NCBI GenBank assembly: GCA_965248755.1
Contig: OZ252149.1
Location: 3,424,001-3,488,000, forward strand
Source of the DNA: Candidatus Latescibacterota bacterium
GTDB lineage: Bacteria; Latescibacterota; CBDEFO01
DNA length: 64,000 nt
Direction: 5' to 3'
Part shown: in pieces, positions 18,342 through 28,109 of the stretch
Position numbering within the stretch: the stretch's first letter is position 1
Layout of the letters: each line of letters begins with the position of its first letter
Program-made: the position numbers and the translations under genes
Notes under the pieces: model-generated
Database searches by the model: none
Told to the model about the DNA's origin: nothing
The model's input: the letters and a program-made list of their open reading frames with translations, nothing else

Positions 18342-19553
18342 CTAAGCATAACAGGGGAGAGTGACCACCAATGTGGCTCCCACTCCTGGCTTGCTTTCTA
18401 CTTCCACCGAGCCGTCGTGCGACCGCAGTATCTTTTCGACTATAGCCAATCCCAAACCTGTTCCCTTCTCTTTGGTGGTGAAGAAGGGGCTGAATATCTG
18501 ATCTCTGTCCTTTTGCAAGATCCCCGGCCCTGTGTCTGATATTTTCACGCTTGCGAAATCCTGATGCCCGTCGCTGTGAGATTCTACTTCTACATTTAGC
18601 CTTCCGCCCTTAGACATCGCGTGGAAGGCGTTCTTAAAGAGGTTAGAAAGGGCCTGTAGTATTAGTTCAGGATCGGCCTCAACATATATTGCTTTTTGAG
18701 GGAAATCCCTTATTATCTCAAATCGTTGCAGGGCTTCCTCTGTCTCTGTTTTAACGCTTAAGAGGGCGCTTTCTACTGATGAAGCAATATCTAACTTTTC
18801 CTTCTTCGGCTCCAGGGGACTTGTAAAGACTAGAAGATTATGAATGATCCCCTCCAGGGTGGACACACCTTGGATAATCTTTCTGGCCATCTTATTTCTG
18901 GGGTCATCCCTTCCCAGGTCTCTCTCCAGAAGGCTGGCAAAGCCTCCTATCCCACAGAGCGGATTACGTATTTCGTGTGCGATCAGCGCAGCCATTTCAC
19001 CCAAAACAGCAAGTGTCCTTGCCTTTTGGATTCTTTGCTCTAAGTTCCTCAGAACAGCGATGTCCCTTAATATCTCCACGGCTCCTAAGATCTTTCCGTT
19101 GTTGTCAGTTACCAAAGATGTGCTGAATTCTACCGGCAGACTCTCTCCTGTTTTGGTTACGATCAACTTTTCCTGACCTACCGCCAGGTGGTCCGATACT
19201 AGGGTATACAAGGGTGTGTCTTTGTAGTCCAGAGAGTCCCCGAAAAGATCAAGGTATTTGGAGTTTAGGGCTTCATCCGATGAGTATCCTGTGATTTCCT
19301 CAGCCTTCTTGTTAAAAAGAGTGATTTTTCCTTCCAAGTCTACAACCAGTACAGCGGCGTTAATGCTCTCCAAGATGCTGTCGAGGTAATCGGTTGCATT
19401 TTGGTCATTTTGAGCTGGTCCTTCTTCTTGACTCTTATTCCCTAGCTTGAAATTGACATCTGCCAGTTTCTGGGACAGTTCCAGATAGTCGGTCCTTAAT
19501 TTGTCCATCGTGCTGTTGAAGCTCATGAAAGTTTCTTCAAAGGGCTTCATCAT
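18342..19553 (-). CDS. Cytoplasmic PAS histidine kinase (FlgS/FleS-like)
   Basis: Coiled coil, PAS, AHEIRNPL, NLFKNA, DTGPG, FFTTK, GTGLGL. Confidence 0.93.
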   Translation of the reverse strand: MMKPFEETFMSFNSTMDKLRTDYLELSQKLADVNFKLGNKSQEEGPAQNDQNATDYLDSILESINAAVLVVDLEGKITLFNKKAEEITGYSSDEALNSKYLDLFGDSLDYKDTPLYTLVSDHLAVGQEKLIVTKTGESLPVEFSTSLVTDNNGKILGAVEILRDIAVLRNLEQRIQKARTLAVLGEMAALIAHEIRNPLCGIGGFASLLERDLGRDDPRNKMARKIIQGVSTLEGIIHNLLVFTSPLEPKKEKLDIASSVESALLSVKTETEEALQRFEIIRDFPQKAIYVEADPELILQALSNLFKNAFHAMSKGGRLNVEVESHSDGHQDFASVKISDTGPGILQKDRDQIFSPFFTTKEKGTGLGLAIVEKILRSHDGSVEVESKPGVGATLVVTLPCYA

Positions 19554-19568
19554 AAGTAGCCTTTCCGA

Positions 19569-19760
19569 TTAGATACCCGCTAGTACCCGTTCTATTTTCT
19601 CCTTCGACACGCAGGCCATAGAGGGTTTGATCACATAGTTGCTCACACCCGCTTTCATAGCTTCTATTTTATACTCCTGGATACTCCTTGTGTTGCCATA
19701 GGTATAGCTAGATCCTTCAAGTCACCGTCGCCATTTCGCCGGGCCCTCAGCAAGCTATCA
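19569..19760 (-). pseudogene. cheY: cheY-like remnant, truncated and frameshifted
   Basis: DGDLKDLAIPMAT, then after a frameshift RSIQEYKIEAMKAGVSNYVIKPSMACVSKEKIERVLAGI*, matching the CheY C-terminal half. Confidence 0.7.
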
Positions 19761-19771
19761 GGCAATCTGTT

Positions 19772-20224
19772 TTATCCTTTCCAGGCGATCCTCGGACGCC
19801 TTGAGTTTTTCCGAGTGGATGCGATTTTCCTGAAACTGTATCTTTGTGTTGCCATCTCGTACTGCTTTACAGCCCGCTCCACCGTATGCAACACCTCTGG
19901 TATGCCGAATGGCTTCACTATGTAGTCATATACTCCCTCTCTCAGCGCCTCCACCGCAGAGTTATAGCTCGGATAGGCGGTCATTATTATTACGGGGATT
20001 TCCTCATCTTTTGCGCCAATGGCCGACGTGACTTCCAGTCCATCTACTCCCGGCATCTTGAGATCCACTAACGCGGTGTGCAATGTCACTTCTTTAATCA
20101 TCTCGATCGCCTCTTGGCCATTTTGAGCTAAAAGGACGCTGTAGCCGCGACTGGTCAAAGAGCGACACAGCAGATCTCTTATCAAGAGCTCGTCGTCTAC
20201 TACCAAAACTGTCGTGATTTCCAC
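19772..20224 (-). CDS. Response regulator receiver protein
   Basis: LVVDDE, LVDLKMP, MTAY, YIVKPF. AAAGGAGG SD favours GTG at 20224. Confidence 0.88.
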   Translation of the reverse strand: MEITTVLVVDDELLIRDLLCRSLTSRGYSVLLAQNGQEAIEMIKEVTLHTALVDLKMPGVDGLEVTSAIGAKDEEIPVIIMTAYPSYNSAVEALREGVYDYIVKPFGIPEVLHTVERAVKQYEMATQRYSFRKIASTRKNSRRPRIAWKG

Positions 20225-20787
20225 AGTCCTCACCTCCTTTCTATAATCTCTGCCAATCCACTATACCTTTGGTCGGAAAAGCTCCGCTTTCAGAAAGGTC
20301 TATAGTGTGTGGCATATCGCTTTCAATGCCCTTTGTGTCAGTTGTGAATTGAATTCGAGGTTTGTCCAACCTGGGTGGAACTTCACTTTTGATTTTTCCC
20401 CTTTCAGGTTTAAGCCTTTCAGGTTTAAGCCTGTATGGAATTAAATATCAGCTCAAAATAGTCCGGTACAAATTGTAGAGATACAAAATAGTAAAGAGGT
20501 TTACTTAGATAACTTGGCTTGCTAGCAATTCGTGCCCTGAGAAAAGGAGTGGCAGCAGCGCACGGAGTACCCACGGCGCCTGAAAATGAGACTGCTTGGC
20601 TTCGTCCCTTCGTTCATTGCAGTAAACTTTGTGGTCTCTTGCCTGCACTACCCAGCAAGCGCCGCCGCCCCGACCCCGTCAGGAGTTGCGACCCCGCAGG
20701 AGACGCTGAACGGAGCGAATCTCAAAGGAGATCCCTGTCTAATTATGTCTGATAAGTTTTGTCAAGCTACTTAGGTGTCTTGTTGCC

Positions 20788-21144
20788 TCAGTGCAGAAGA
20801 TCGTCTACCACCTTCTTAACAGTGTCTATGTCGAACGGTTTCTGCAAAAAGCCGTCAGCTTTACACCTCTTGATTTCCTCGAGGCTCTCTCCAACGCCGA
20901 GTGCAGCTATAATAACTACAGGCAGATCTGGAGATTTCTCCTTGATAGTCCTGAGCAGGGCAAGTCCATCCATCCTGGGCATGTATATATCCGTGATAAC
21001 CAGTCCGAACTTTCTGTTTTCCATCGTGTGGAGGGCCTCCTGACCATCGCAGGCAGTAGCGACCGTGTATCCTGATTCTCCTAATACGGCAGTTAGTACC
21101 TCTACTATCCCTTCCTCATCATCGACTACCAAAATATGTTCCAT
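20788..21144 (-). CDS. Single-domain response regulator
   Basis: ILVVDDE, ITDIYMP, LQKPF. Confidence 0.88.
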   Translation of the reverse strand: MEHILVVDDEEGIVEVLTAVLGESGYTVATACDGQEALHTMENRKFGLVITDIYMPRMDGLALLRTIKEKSPDLPVVIIAALGVGESLEEIKRCKADGFLQKPFDIDTVKKVVDDLLH

Positions 21145-21176
21145 CCTCTTTCCCTTTATCACTATCCAGTCTCGTT

Positions 21177-21863
21177 CTAACTTTTGTCTTCTCTTTCCTT
21201 AGACTCAGAAGACTCAGACTTTTCTACATCTATCATGTTTACTCCACCGTGATATTCCACTACCTCCGCTTTGATAAGCTCAGATAACTTCCATACTACA
21301 TCGTGTATCTTAAGGCAGGAGTCCTGGATAGCCTTCAATCTTGTGACGGTATCACTCTTTCGGGTATTCGAGTTTGCCAAAAGGAGCTGGGCGTTTCCCA
21401 TAATGACGTTCAGAGGGTTGTTTATCTCGTGATTCAAGGTAACTGCAGTTCTGCTGATTGCTTCTGTTTGTGCTAACTGGATGAGTTCATCTACAGATTT
21501 TTTGAAGTTCAATGCTCCCTCCACAGCGGACACTAAGGCCTTCTCTTTAACAAGCTTAGTTACGTAACTACAAGCAACGTCTGAAATGACCTGAGCCTCC
21601 GGTTCTTCTGCAGTCTTGGTAATAATAGATAAGACGGGTGTTAAGGGACTATTTTTCCTAATTTGCTTTATGATCTCTCCTTTGCTTTCTGCGTCTGCAT
21701 CAACCACGAACAGACTAAAGTCGCCGCTGTATTGGGTGTTCTGTCCCTCTTCTACACCTGAGGTCCCAATTACATCGTATTTTCGTTCTTTCAGGAGTCC
21801 TTCGATTCGTCTTTGGGTCGAATTCCCCGCTCCGATGACCAATATCTTTGTCTGCTGTGACAA
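21177..21863 (-). CDS. Degenerate receiver plus HisKA (DHp) domain, no ATPase domain
   Basis: REC-like N-terminus lacking the acidic pair; TLNHEINNPL H-box; ends about 75 aa later with no N/G boxes. Confidence 0.8.
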   Translation of the reverse strand: MSQQTKILVIGAGNSTQRRIEGLLKERKYDVIGTSGVEEGQNTQYSGDFSLFVVDADAESKGEIIKQIRKNSPLTPVLSIITKTAEEPEAQVISDVACSYVTKLVKEKALVSAVEGALNFKKSVDELIQLAQTEAISRTAVTLNHEINNPLNVIMGNAQLLLANSNTRKSDTVTRLKAIQDSCLKIHDVVWKLSELIKAEVVEYHGGVNMIDVEKSESSESKEREDKS

Positions 21864-22306
21864 AATTTAACCTTTCTGAACGAACTGAGACACTACTGTC
21901 ACCTGAAATCTTTAAAATAAAATGAAACTCAGTCGCAAGATGTGGGGTTGAACAAACGATACCAGATGAAGAAGTGGCACCAAAATTCAGCAATAGATAA
22001 TTTACGCACCGGGGCACTTCGTGCTTTGCTGCCTCCTCTCCCCAGCAAAGCGCCCGCGGCGCCCAGCCCTTGGGACGACCACTTCGTGGCATGTGCCTCC
22101 ACATCTTAACTATGCCCGCACTGCCACGGAGCCTCGCGCCTGCGCGGTGTTTGATCAGTGCTTGCTTATCTCCAAAACGAAAACTACTTCACCCTGGAAC
22201 TACACCTGAATCAGTAACATTTCACAATGTGATCTCAATAAAACCGGCTCAATTGAATTCTGGGTTATATACCTAGCCAGAGGCTTGTTTACTAAAACAG
22301 TTCAGA

Positions 22307-22990
22307 TCAAGTTGCCAAAAATAACACAACAACGCGCCGGTTTTTCACCTGATTTTCCGGGATGGACGAGCCATCCTCGGCGTTGTGGGGAACTTCAGGT
22401 CTCGTATCGGAGTATCCCACTACTCTCAGACGCTCTGCAGGGACCCCCTTATCTATAAAGAATTTGACTACACTGCTGGCTCTGGAGGCTGAAAGTTCCC
22501 AATTGGAGGGGAATATAGGCGACGATATAGGTATGTTATCCGTATGTCCTTCAATAGCGATGTTGTAGGGGATCTTATTTATTTCTTCTGCGATCTCTGA
22601 TAAAATCGGCTTAGCCGTTTGCCGCAGAGTTGCTTTTCCCAACTTAAACAGGACACTCCCCCTAAGGTTAAGGGCAACTCCTCTATTTGTCATCTTGACA
22701 TCGACCTTATCCTCAAGTCCTTTATCCTCCACCACCTTAGTAATCTTCTGGTGGAGTTCTGGGAGAGATATTTGGATTTCCGCTTCATCTATCTCCCCCA
22801 TAGCGCCCGCCATAGACTGAGCTACCTGGCCAAATTTCACGGGGTTTATCTCAGACATCGCCACGATGATTATGAAAAAGCACAGTACGAGCGTCACCAT
22901 ATCGCTGTAGGATATGAGCCAGTCGTCGCCCTCATCCCCTGCTTTCCCCTGCCCTAAAGACAAATCCTTGTCTTTGTCTGAATCATTCAT
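22307..22990 (-). CDS. motB: Flagellar stator protein MotB
   Basis: WLISYSDMVTL plug/TM; OmpA-like EGHTD, NWELSASRA, NRRV. Confidence 0.95.
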   Translation of the reverse strand: MNDSDKDKDLSLGQGKAGDEGDDWLISYSDMVTLVLCFFIIIVAMSEINPVKFGQVAQSMAGAMGEIDEAEIQISLPELHQKITKVVEDKGLEDKVDVKMTNRGVALNLRGSVLFKLGKATLRQTAKPILSEIAEEINKIPYNIAIEGHTDNIPISSPIFPSNWELSASRASSVVKFFIDKGVPAERLRVVGYSDTRPEVPHNAEDGSSIPENQVKNRRVVVLFLAT

Positions 22991-23122
22991 AAAGTAATCC
23001 TCATCTCAAGTAGATAGTAATCAGTACACAGTAGGTACGGGCCGTGGCCACTCCTGCCTGTCTATCATCTACTATTCAAGCCTTTTGCTCATTCCATCAA
23101 AAGTTTTCAGTGCATCATTTGC

Positions 23123-23917
23123 TCACCGTGTTCCCGCTGAGGCGCTCATCTTCCTTTCGAGAATCTTCCGTTTGGCGGGCGGTACGAATGAATTCAGATA
23201 GTCCAGAATCTTAAAGGGTTGCCAGCCCTCCCTTATCATGGTAATACTTGCGGTCAGCATTCTTGCCAAAAGCGCCCGTTCTTCCTTCCGCTTTTCCAAT
23301 TTTACCGCTATCGGTTTGAATAGCAAGTTGGCCATTAACACGCCATAGAAGGTCGTCACTAAAGCTACAGCCATACCTCCGCCTATTTTGTCCATAGAGC
23401 CTGCGTCCATGTTTGACAGAAGATCGATGAGACCTATCAGAGTTCCCAACATTCCGAAGGCGGGTGCGAACTTAGCCATATTTCTGAATATATCTGCTTC
23501 TCCCTCCTCACGTATATTCTGGTACACAACTCGCTCATTTAGTATTTCCCTTATCTCCTCTGCAGGATATCCGTCGATGAGCATCTCAACAGCGTCCCTT
23601 AAGAACGGATGCTTTATCTTGTCAACTATCTCCTCCAATGCAAGGATGTCTCCGCGCGCCTTGGCGGAAAGGGAGGCTACCTGTTCTATGTGATCCTCAA
23701 GGCGCGGCGGTTCCTTTTTAAACACTATGAAGAATACTTTGAATCCTCTTATTACTGTCGGCAACGGAAAGCTGATGAACGTCGCGGCCGCTGTCCCTCC
23801 AAGGACGATGATTATGCCGGGTAGGTTGATAAAGAAATTGATATCCGCCTGCAACATAATCGCCGCGGTAAGGAGGGTCACACCGAGGATGATACCAAGG
23901 ATAGTGGATGTGTTCAT
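23123..23917 (-). CDS. motA: Flagellar stator protein MotA
   Basis: IVLGGT, APAFGMLGTLIGLI, ALVTTFYG, KPIA. Confidence 0.95.
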   Translation of the reverse strand: MNTSTILGIILGVTLLTAAIMLQADINFFINLPGIIIVLGGTAAATFISFPLPTVIRGFKVFFIVFKKEPPRLEDHIEQVASLSAKARGDILALEEIVDKIKHPFLRDAVEMLIDGYPAEEIREILNERVVYQNIREEGEADIFRNMAKFAPAFGMLGTLIGLIDLLSNMDAGSMDKIGGGMAVALVTTFYGVLMANLLFKPIAVKLEKRKEERALLARMLTASITMIREGWQPFKILDYLNSFVPPAKRKILERKMSASAGTR

Positions 23918-24477
23918 CTATACCTCTCTTATTGTCCGGACTTTGAAACGATGACAGAGAGGATTTGTGATTTGAGGCACCATCTGTCTCTGTATCTCCT
24001 AAAATGGGGAGCAATTTCTATACCATATATTATATGGAAGATTGCACAGCCATACATTAAGCCTCCTTTCGCGACAATTGTTACAGGTTAAAATTAAAGG
24101 GAATTATTTTCGTCAACGTAAGAAAAGACTGAATTATACGTGTGTCTTAAGGCAGGTGTCTACTACTATTGTGAGGGTCTAAGAATGTAGAGCGCAAGAT
24201 AAGCAAAAAAAGATGCAAAGTCAAGACAAAAGTTGACCCCGGATATGACACGAAAGTTTGCTTATAATCTGTCAATAGACAGACCCCAAGGTGCTCCTAT
24301 ACCTATTTCAAAGCAGCAAAAAAGGTTCCCGATCGGAAAAAGTTGCCGATATTCTATAGACATCGCGCCCCTGCTGGAGTTGGTAACTCTGACTTTTCGA
24401 GTAATTTTCTTTGATCAATCGAATACTACATAGTTCTGATAGAAAGCTGTGTAAATTTGCAGTCCATATTTATCTTG

Positions 24478-24493
24478 TGGCATAGGATTTGCG
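24478..24493 (+). promoter_or_regulatory. sigma54 promoter upstream of the flgF operon
   Basis: TGGCAT-AGGAT-TTGCG. Confidence 0.65.
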
Positions 24494-24750
24494 CCGTTTC
24501 ACGCTTGCAGATACATTAATCACGTATGATTTTTGTTGATTGTCAAGTGTTCGCCTATTATGCAGAAGGGGTCAAGAGGTATGAAAGACGGAATACTTTA
24601 TCCACTCTCAAAGCTTAGACTCAGGCTGTGGCTTCTAAACCGGAAAATGGACAAGCTCGGCAAGCGAATATACAAAATTACCTCGAGACAGGCTCGTTCG
24701 TAGCATGCATGTTTTGCATCTGTGCTATTTTCAATTGGAGAGACTCTTTC

Positions 24751-25515
24751 ATGATAAAAGGAATATATACAGCGTCATCCTCCATGATCTCCCGTCCGAT
24801 CACACTGCAAGTAATAGCCAACAACCTAGCTAACGTCAACACTCCAGGTTTTAAGAAGGACTCCATAAAGTTCAGATCGCTTCTGGACGCCAACGTGTCG
24901 CTTCGTCAGGCAGGAGCGATAGAGTCAGGCGGTGTAGAAGACAGTATAGAATATAGAGTAGATTTCCGGCTGGGGCCTATTCAACAGACGCATGGACGCT
25001 TAGACGTGGCGATAGATGGAGACGGATTCTTTTCGCTTGAAACACCCGCTGGAACTAGATATACCAGAAACGGCAGTTTCAGGCTGGATGCAGAGGGAAA
25101 TCTAACTACACACACACACTTTCAAGTTCTGGGAGAGGGCGGCGCAATACAGATAGATGAGAATGATGTCAATATCAGAATCAACAGCAGAGGAGATATC
25201 ATGGTCGATAGAGATGTAGGCGGCGTAGTCGGTGGTCAGATTATAGGCAAGCTACTGATAACCGATTTTGACAAGCCTTACCAGCTCGCCAAGGATACAA
25301 ACGGTCTATTTGTCCCTTCTGATCCATCCTACAGTGGCAATGTAGTAATAGATCCGTCTGTAAAGCAAGGTTTCTTGGAGAATTCCAACGTAAACCCCTT
25401 CGAAGCGATGGTGGAGATGATAGAGAACATGCAAAACAATCAATCCTCTCAAAAGGTGATGTCATATCAGGATGACACTTTAAGAAAAGCTGTAACCGAA
25501 GTGGGAAGCTTCTGA
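24751..25515 (+). CDS. flgF: Flagellar basal-body rod protein FlgF
   Basis: IANNLANVNTPGFK, YTRNGSF, LENSNVN; GGAG SD; precedes flgG. Confidence 0.88.
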   Translation: MIKGIYTASSSMISRPITLQVIANNLANVNTPGFKKDSIKFRSLLDANVSLRQAGAIESGGVEDSIEYRVDFRLGPIQQTHGRLDVAIDGDGFFSLETPAGTRYTRNGSFRLDAEGNLTTHTHFQVLGEGGAIQIDENDVNIRINSRGDIMVDRDVGGVVGGQIIGKLLITDFDKPYQLAKDTNGLFVPSDPSYSGNVVIDPSVKQGFLENSNVNPFEAMVEMIENMQNNQSSQKVMSYQDDTLRKAVTEVGSF

Positions 25516-25697
25516 TTATGAACGCAGCTTACTATCTCTCTAGCGTAGTTATCAATTGGAATAATGGGGAATCGTGTATTTTCTCTTCAAAAGGTTCTTC
25601 GCTGCTGTGTCGTGTGCTACCTCCCCGCATAGTGGCGGCGCCATCTTTTTGGAGACCTTATTGCTTTTTAACACGGATTACTTAAGGAGGAACTTAA

Positions 25698-26486
25698 ATG
25701 ATTAGAGCGTTAAGAACAGCGGCTACTGGAATGTATGCACAGCAGCTTTATGTGGATACTATAGCTAATAACTTGGCTAACGTCAACACTACAGCCTTCA
25801 AAAAGGACAAGGTAGAATTTCAGGACCTTCTCTATCAGAGCGTTGAACTGGATAACGGCGAACCTTCTGGCGGTGAGGGTACGTCATCCCAGATACAGAT
25901 CGGAGCTGGGGTGCAGCCTGCAGCCATCCAGAAGATGTTCTCCCAGGGCGACTTAACCCCCACACAAAATGCCCTCGACATCGTTATCGAAGGGAATGGC
26001 TTCTTCCAGATAATCCGACCCGACGATTCCATAGCCTACACAAGGGATGGGACGTTCAAGCTCTCATCGGACGGCAGGATAGTCAACTCCGACGGATTTG
26101 TCCTTGAACCCGCATTATCTATTCCCCAGGACTCTACAGATATTCAGATAAGTGCTGACGGAACGGTAAGGGTTCTTTTGGCGGGGGAAGTCGATCCTCA
26201 AGAAGTAGGACAAATCGAGCTTGTCAGATTTATCAACCCCGCAGGACTTAAGAACCTCGGGGGCAACCTCTACGAAGCTACAGTCTCATCAGGCAACCCC
26301 GTAATAGGGACACCGGCGTTCGAGGGGTTAGGTAGACTTCGCCAGGGATATTTGGAAATGTCCAACGTCAAAGTCGTAGAGGAAATGGTAAACATGATCT
26401 TAGCTCAGAGGGCCTATGAGATCAACTCCAAAGTAATAAGAACTGCCGAAGAGATGCTCTCCACAGCCAATAACCTCCAGAGATAG
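25698..26486 (+). CDS. flgG: Flagellar distal rod protein FlgG
   Basis: MIRALRTAATGM, EFQDLLYQ, QRAYEINSK. Confidence 0.96.
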   Translation: MIRALRTAATGMYAQQLYVDTIANNLANVNTTAFKKDKVEFQDLLYQSVELDNGEPSGGEGTSSQIQIGAGVQPAAIQKMFSQGDLTPTQNALDIVIEGNGFFQIIRPDDSIAYTRDGTFKLSSDGRIVNSDGFVLEPALSIPQDSTDIQISADGTVRVLLAGEVDPQEVGQIELVRFINPAGLKNLGGNLYEATVSSGNPVIGTPAFEGLGRLRQGYLEMSNVKVVEEMVNMILAQRAYEINSKVIRTAEEMLSTANNLQR

Positions 26487-26497
26487 GATAGACTTAA

Positions 26498-27280
26498 ATG
26501 AAGACGCTTAGTAAAACAGTATACAGCATAAAGAGAAAGATAGGTATGCCCCGTCTACTGTCTACTACCTACTTTCTCCTCGCCTTTTCTGTAGCTTTCA
26601 TTGGGTTGTTTTTGATGGTTCAAAGTGCAGAGTGCGCCATGGAAGTACTGACTTCAGATCAGACAAAACAGAGGATAGAAAATGTTGTATATGAGCTATC
26701 TGGTAAGAGTAGAGACGACTTGATTATAGAGTTTAGGTATGTGCCTCAAAGTATAAAGGTTCCTGATGGATCACGGGTGGAGATAACACTTCCGCGAATG
26801 TTGGAACGGAGAGGTTCTGCAGTAGCTTACATCACTGTGAAGTCGGACGATGGCCGCTACACCAGGAGGATACCCGTCTCCTTAAAGCTTAGAACTTTCG
26901 ATTACGTCTTTGTGGCCAAAAAGCGACTGGGCAGAGGACATATCCTAGTTCCTGACGATATACGTAGGGAAAGAGTTGAAACTACGAATCTGTCCGGCGG
27001 CCTTGTTAAAGAGTCAAGTGAGATATACGGCAAGAAGACAAAGAGAATAGTAAACACCGGAGCGTCCATTAGGACGGATATGATTGATCTTCCCAATTTG
27101 ATCGAAAGGGGAGATATAGTCAATATAGTAGCTCATTTGGAGGGCGTGAAGGCCACAGGGGTTGGAAAGGCGAAACAGAGTGGACGCAAAGGGGATATGA
27201 TTATGATCAAGAATGTAGATTCAGGTAGACAGATAACCGGAAGAATAAAAGACTCTAGCACCGTTTTGGTCAATCAGTGA
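26498..27280 (+). CDS. flgA: P-ring assembly chaperone FlgA
   Basis: SAF-like region, IERGDIV, GKAKQSG, KNVDSGR; position between flgG and flgH. Confidence 0.9.
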   Translation: MKTLSKTVYSIKRKIGMPRLLSTTYFLLAFSVAFIGLFLMVQSAECAMEVLTSDQTKQRIENVVYELSGKSRDDLIIEFRYVPQSIKVPDGSRVEITLPRMLERRGSAVAYITVKSDDGRYTRRIPVSLKLRTFDYVFVAKKRLGRGHILVPDDIRRERVETTNLSGGLVKESSEIYGKKTKRIVNTGASIRTDMIDLPNLIERGDIVNIVAHLEGVKATGVGKAKQSGRKGDMIMIKNVDSGRQITGRIKDSSTVLVNQ

Positions 27281-27387
27281 GCATCAAGGTGAAAGGTGCA
27301 TCTAATAAAGTCCTCCGCACAGGTACGGGTACTTATGGCAGAGAAAAAAGTGAAGATTCCAAGACGTTCAGAAGGAAAGGACTCCAC

Positions 27388-28026
27388 ATGTCTATTTTCA
27401 GATATAACAAGATATTTATCTTAGCGTTATTTGCCTGGTTTCTTGTGCATGGTGTAGCAGACTACGCAGCGGCTCAGATGGAACAGCCAGAACCGAGTGG
27501 AGCATCCACTGCCAGCGGTGCTATGTCCCTCTTTTCCGATCATAAGTCCCATAGAGTTGGAGATATACTAACAGTCTTAATCGTGGAATCGGCCAGTGCC
27601 TCAAAACAGGCTGCTACCTCTAACAAAAAGGAGTTTAATCTTTCGTCTGGAGGCACGGGTGAAGAGAGCTCTCTGAACTTTATACCACTGTTCGGACTTA
27701 AGACGAGTACGAGCTCCAGACAGGCATATTCAGGCGACGGCTCGACGAGCCGGAGGGGCGATCTTAAAGCTACAATCCCCGTCAGAGTGGTCGACGTAAG
27801 TCCAAACGGGGACCTGGCAGTCGAAGGAACCAGAGAAGTCGGAGTAAACGGTGAGTTAGAGACGATAGTTCTATCTGGGATCGTAAGACCCCAGGACATA
27901 ACCGTTGATAATACAGTTTTTTCGTTCAACATCGCCGACGCTCGGATTCACTACGAAGGTAAAGGTACAGTCAACTCTGGTCAGAAGCCCGGAATTCTCA
28001 TAAGGCTCATCAACTGGATATTCTAA
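27388..28026 (+). CDS. flgH: Flagellar L-ring protein FlgH
   Basis: LFSDHKSHRVGDILTVLI, SGIVRPQDI, IADARIHY. AAAGGA SD before ATG 27388; no lipobox Cys. Confidence 0.93.
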   Translation: MSIFRYNKIFILALFAWFLVHGVADYAAAQMEQPEPSGASTASGAMSLFSDHKSHRVGDILTVLIVESASASKQAATSNKKEFNLSSGGTGEESSLNFIPLFGLKTSTSSRQAYSGDGSTSRRGDLKATIPVRVVDVSPNGDLAVEGTREVGVNGELETIVLSGIVRPQDITVDNTVFSFNIADARIHYEGKGTVNSGQKPGILIRLINWIF

Positions 28027-28109
28027 ACCGTTCTGAGAAGTAGGCATCGCTGGAAGGAGATGCTCTAACCTACTTACTCTGGCTACCTAAAAGGAAGGTA
28101 ACTATCACT

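Noticed and set aside
24107..24352. sigma28-like boxes (minus TTCA-N15-GACGAAAA; plus GCCGATAT)
   Set aside because: Only partial matches or wrong spacing to a -35 box.
17920..24750. Cyclic-di-GMP riboswitch in flagellar leaders
   Set aside because: No GEMM signature (GCAAA...GAAA...GACGCAAA) found by eye; an Rfam scan would be needed.
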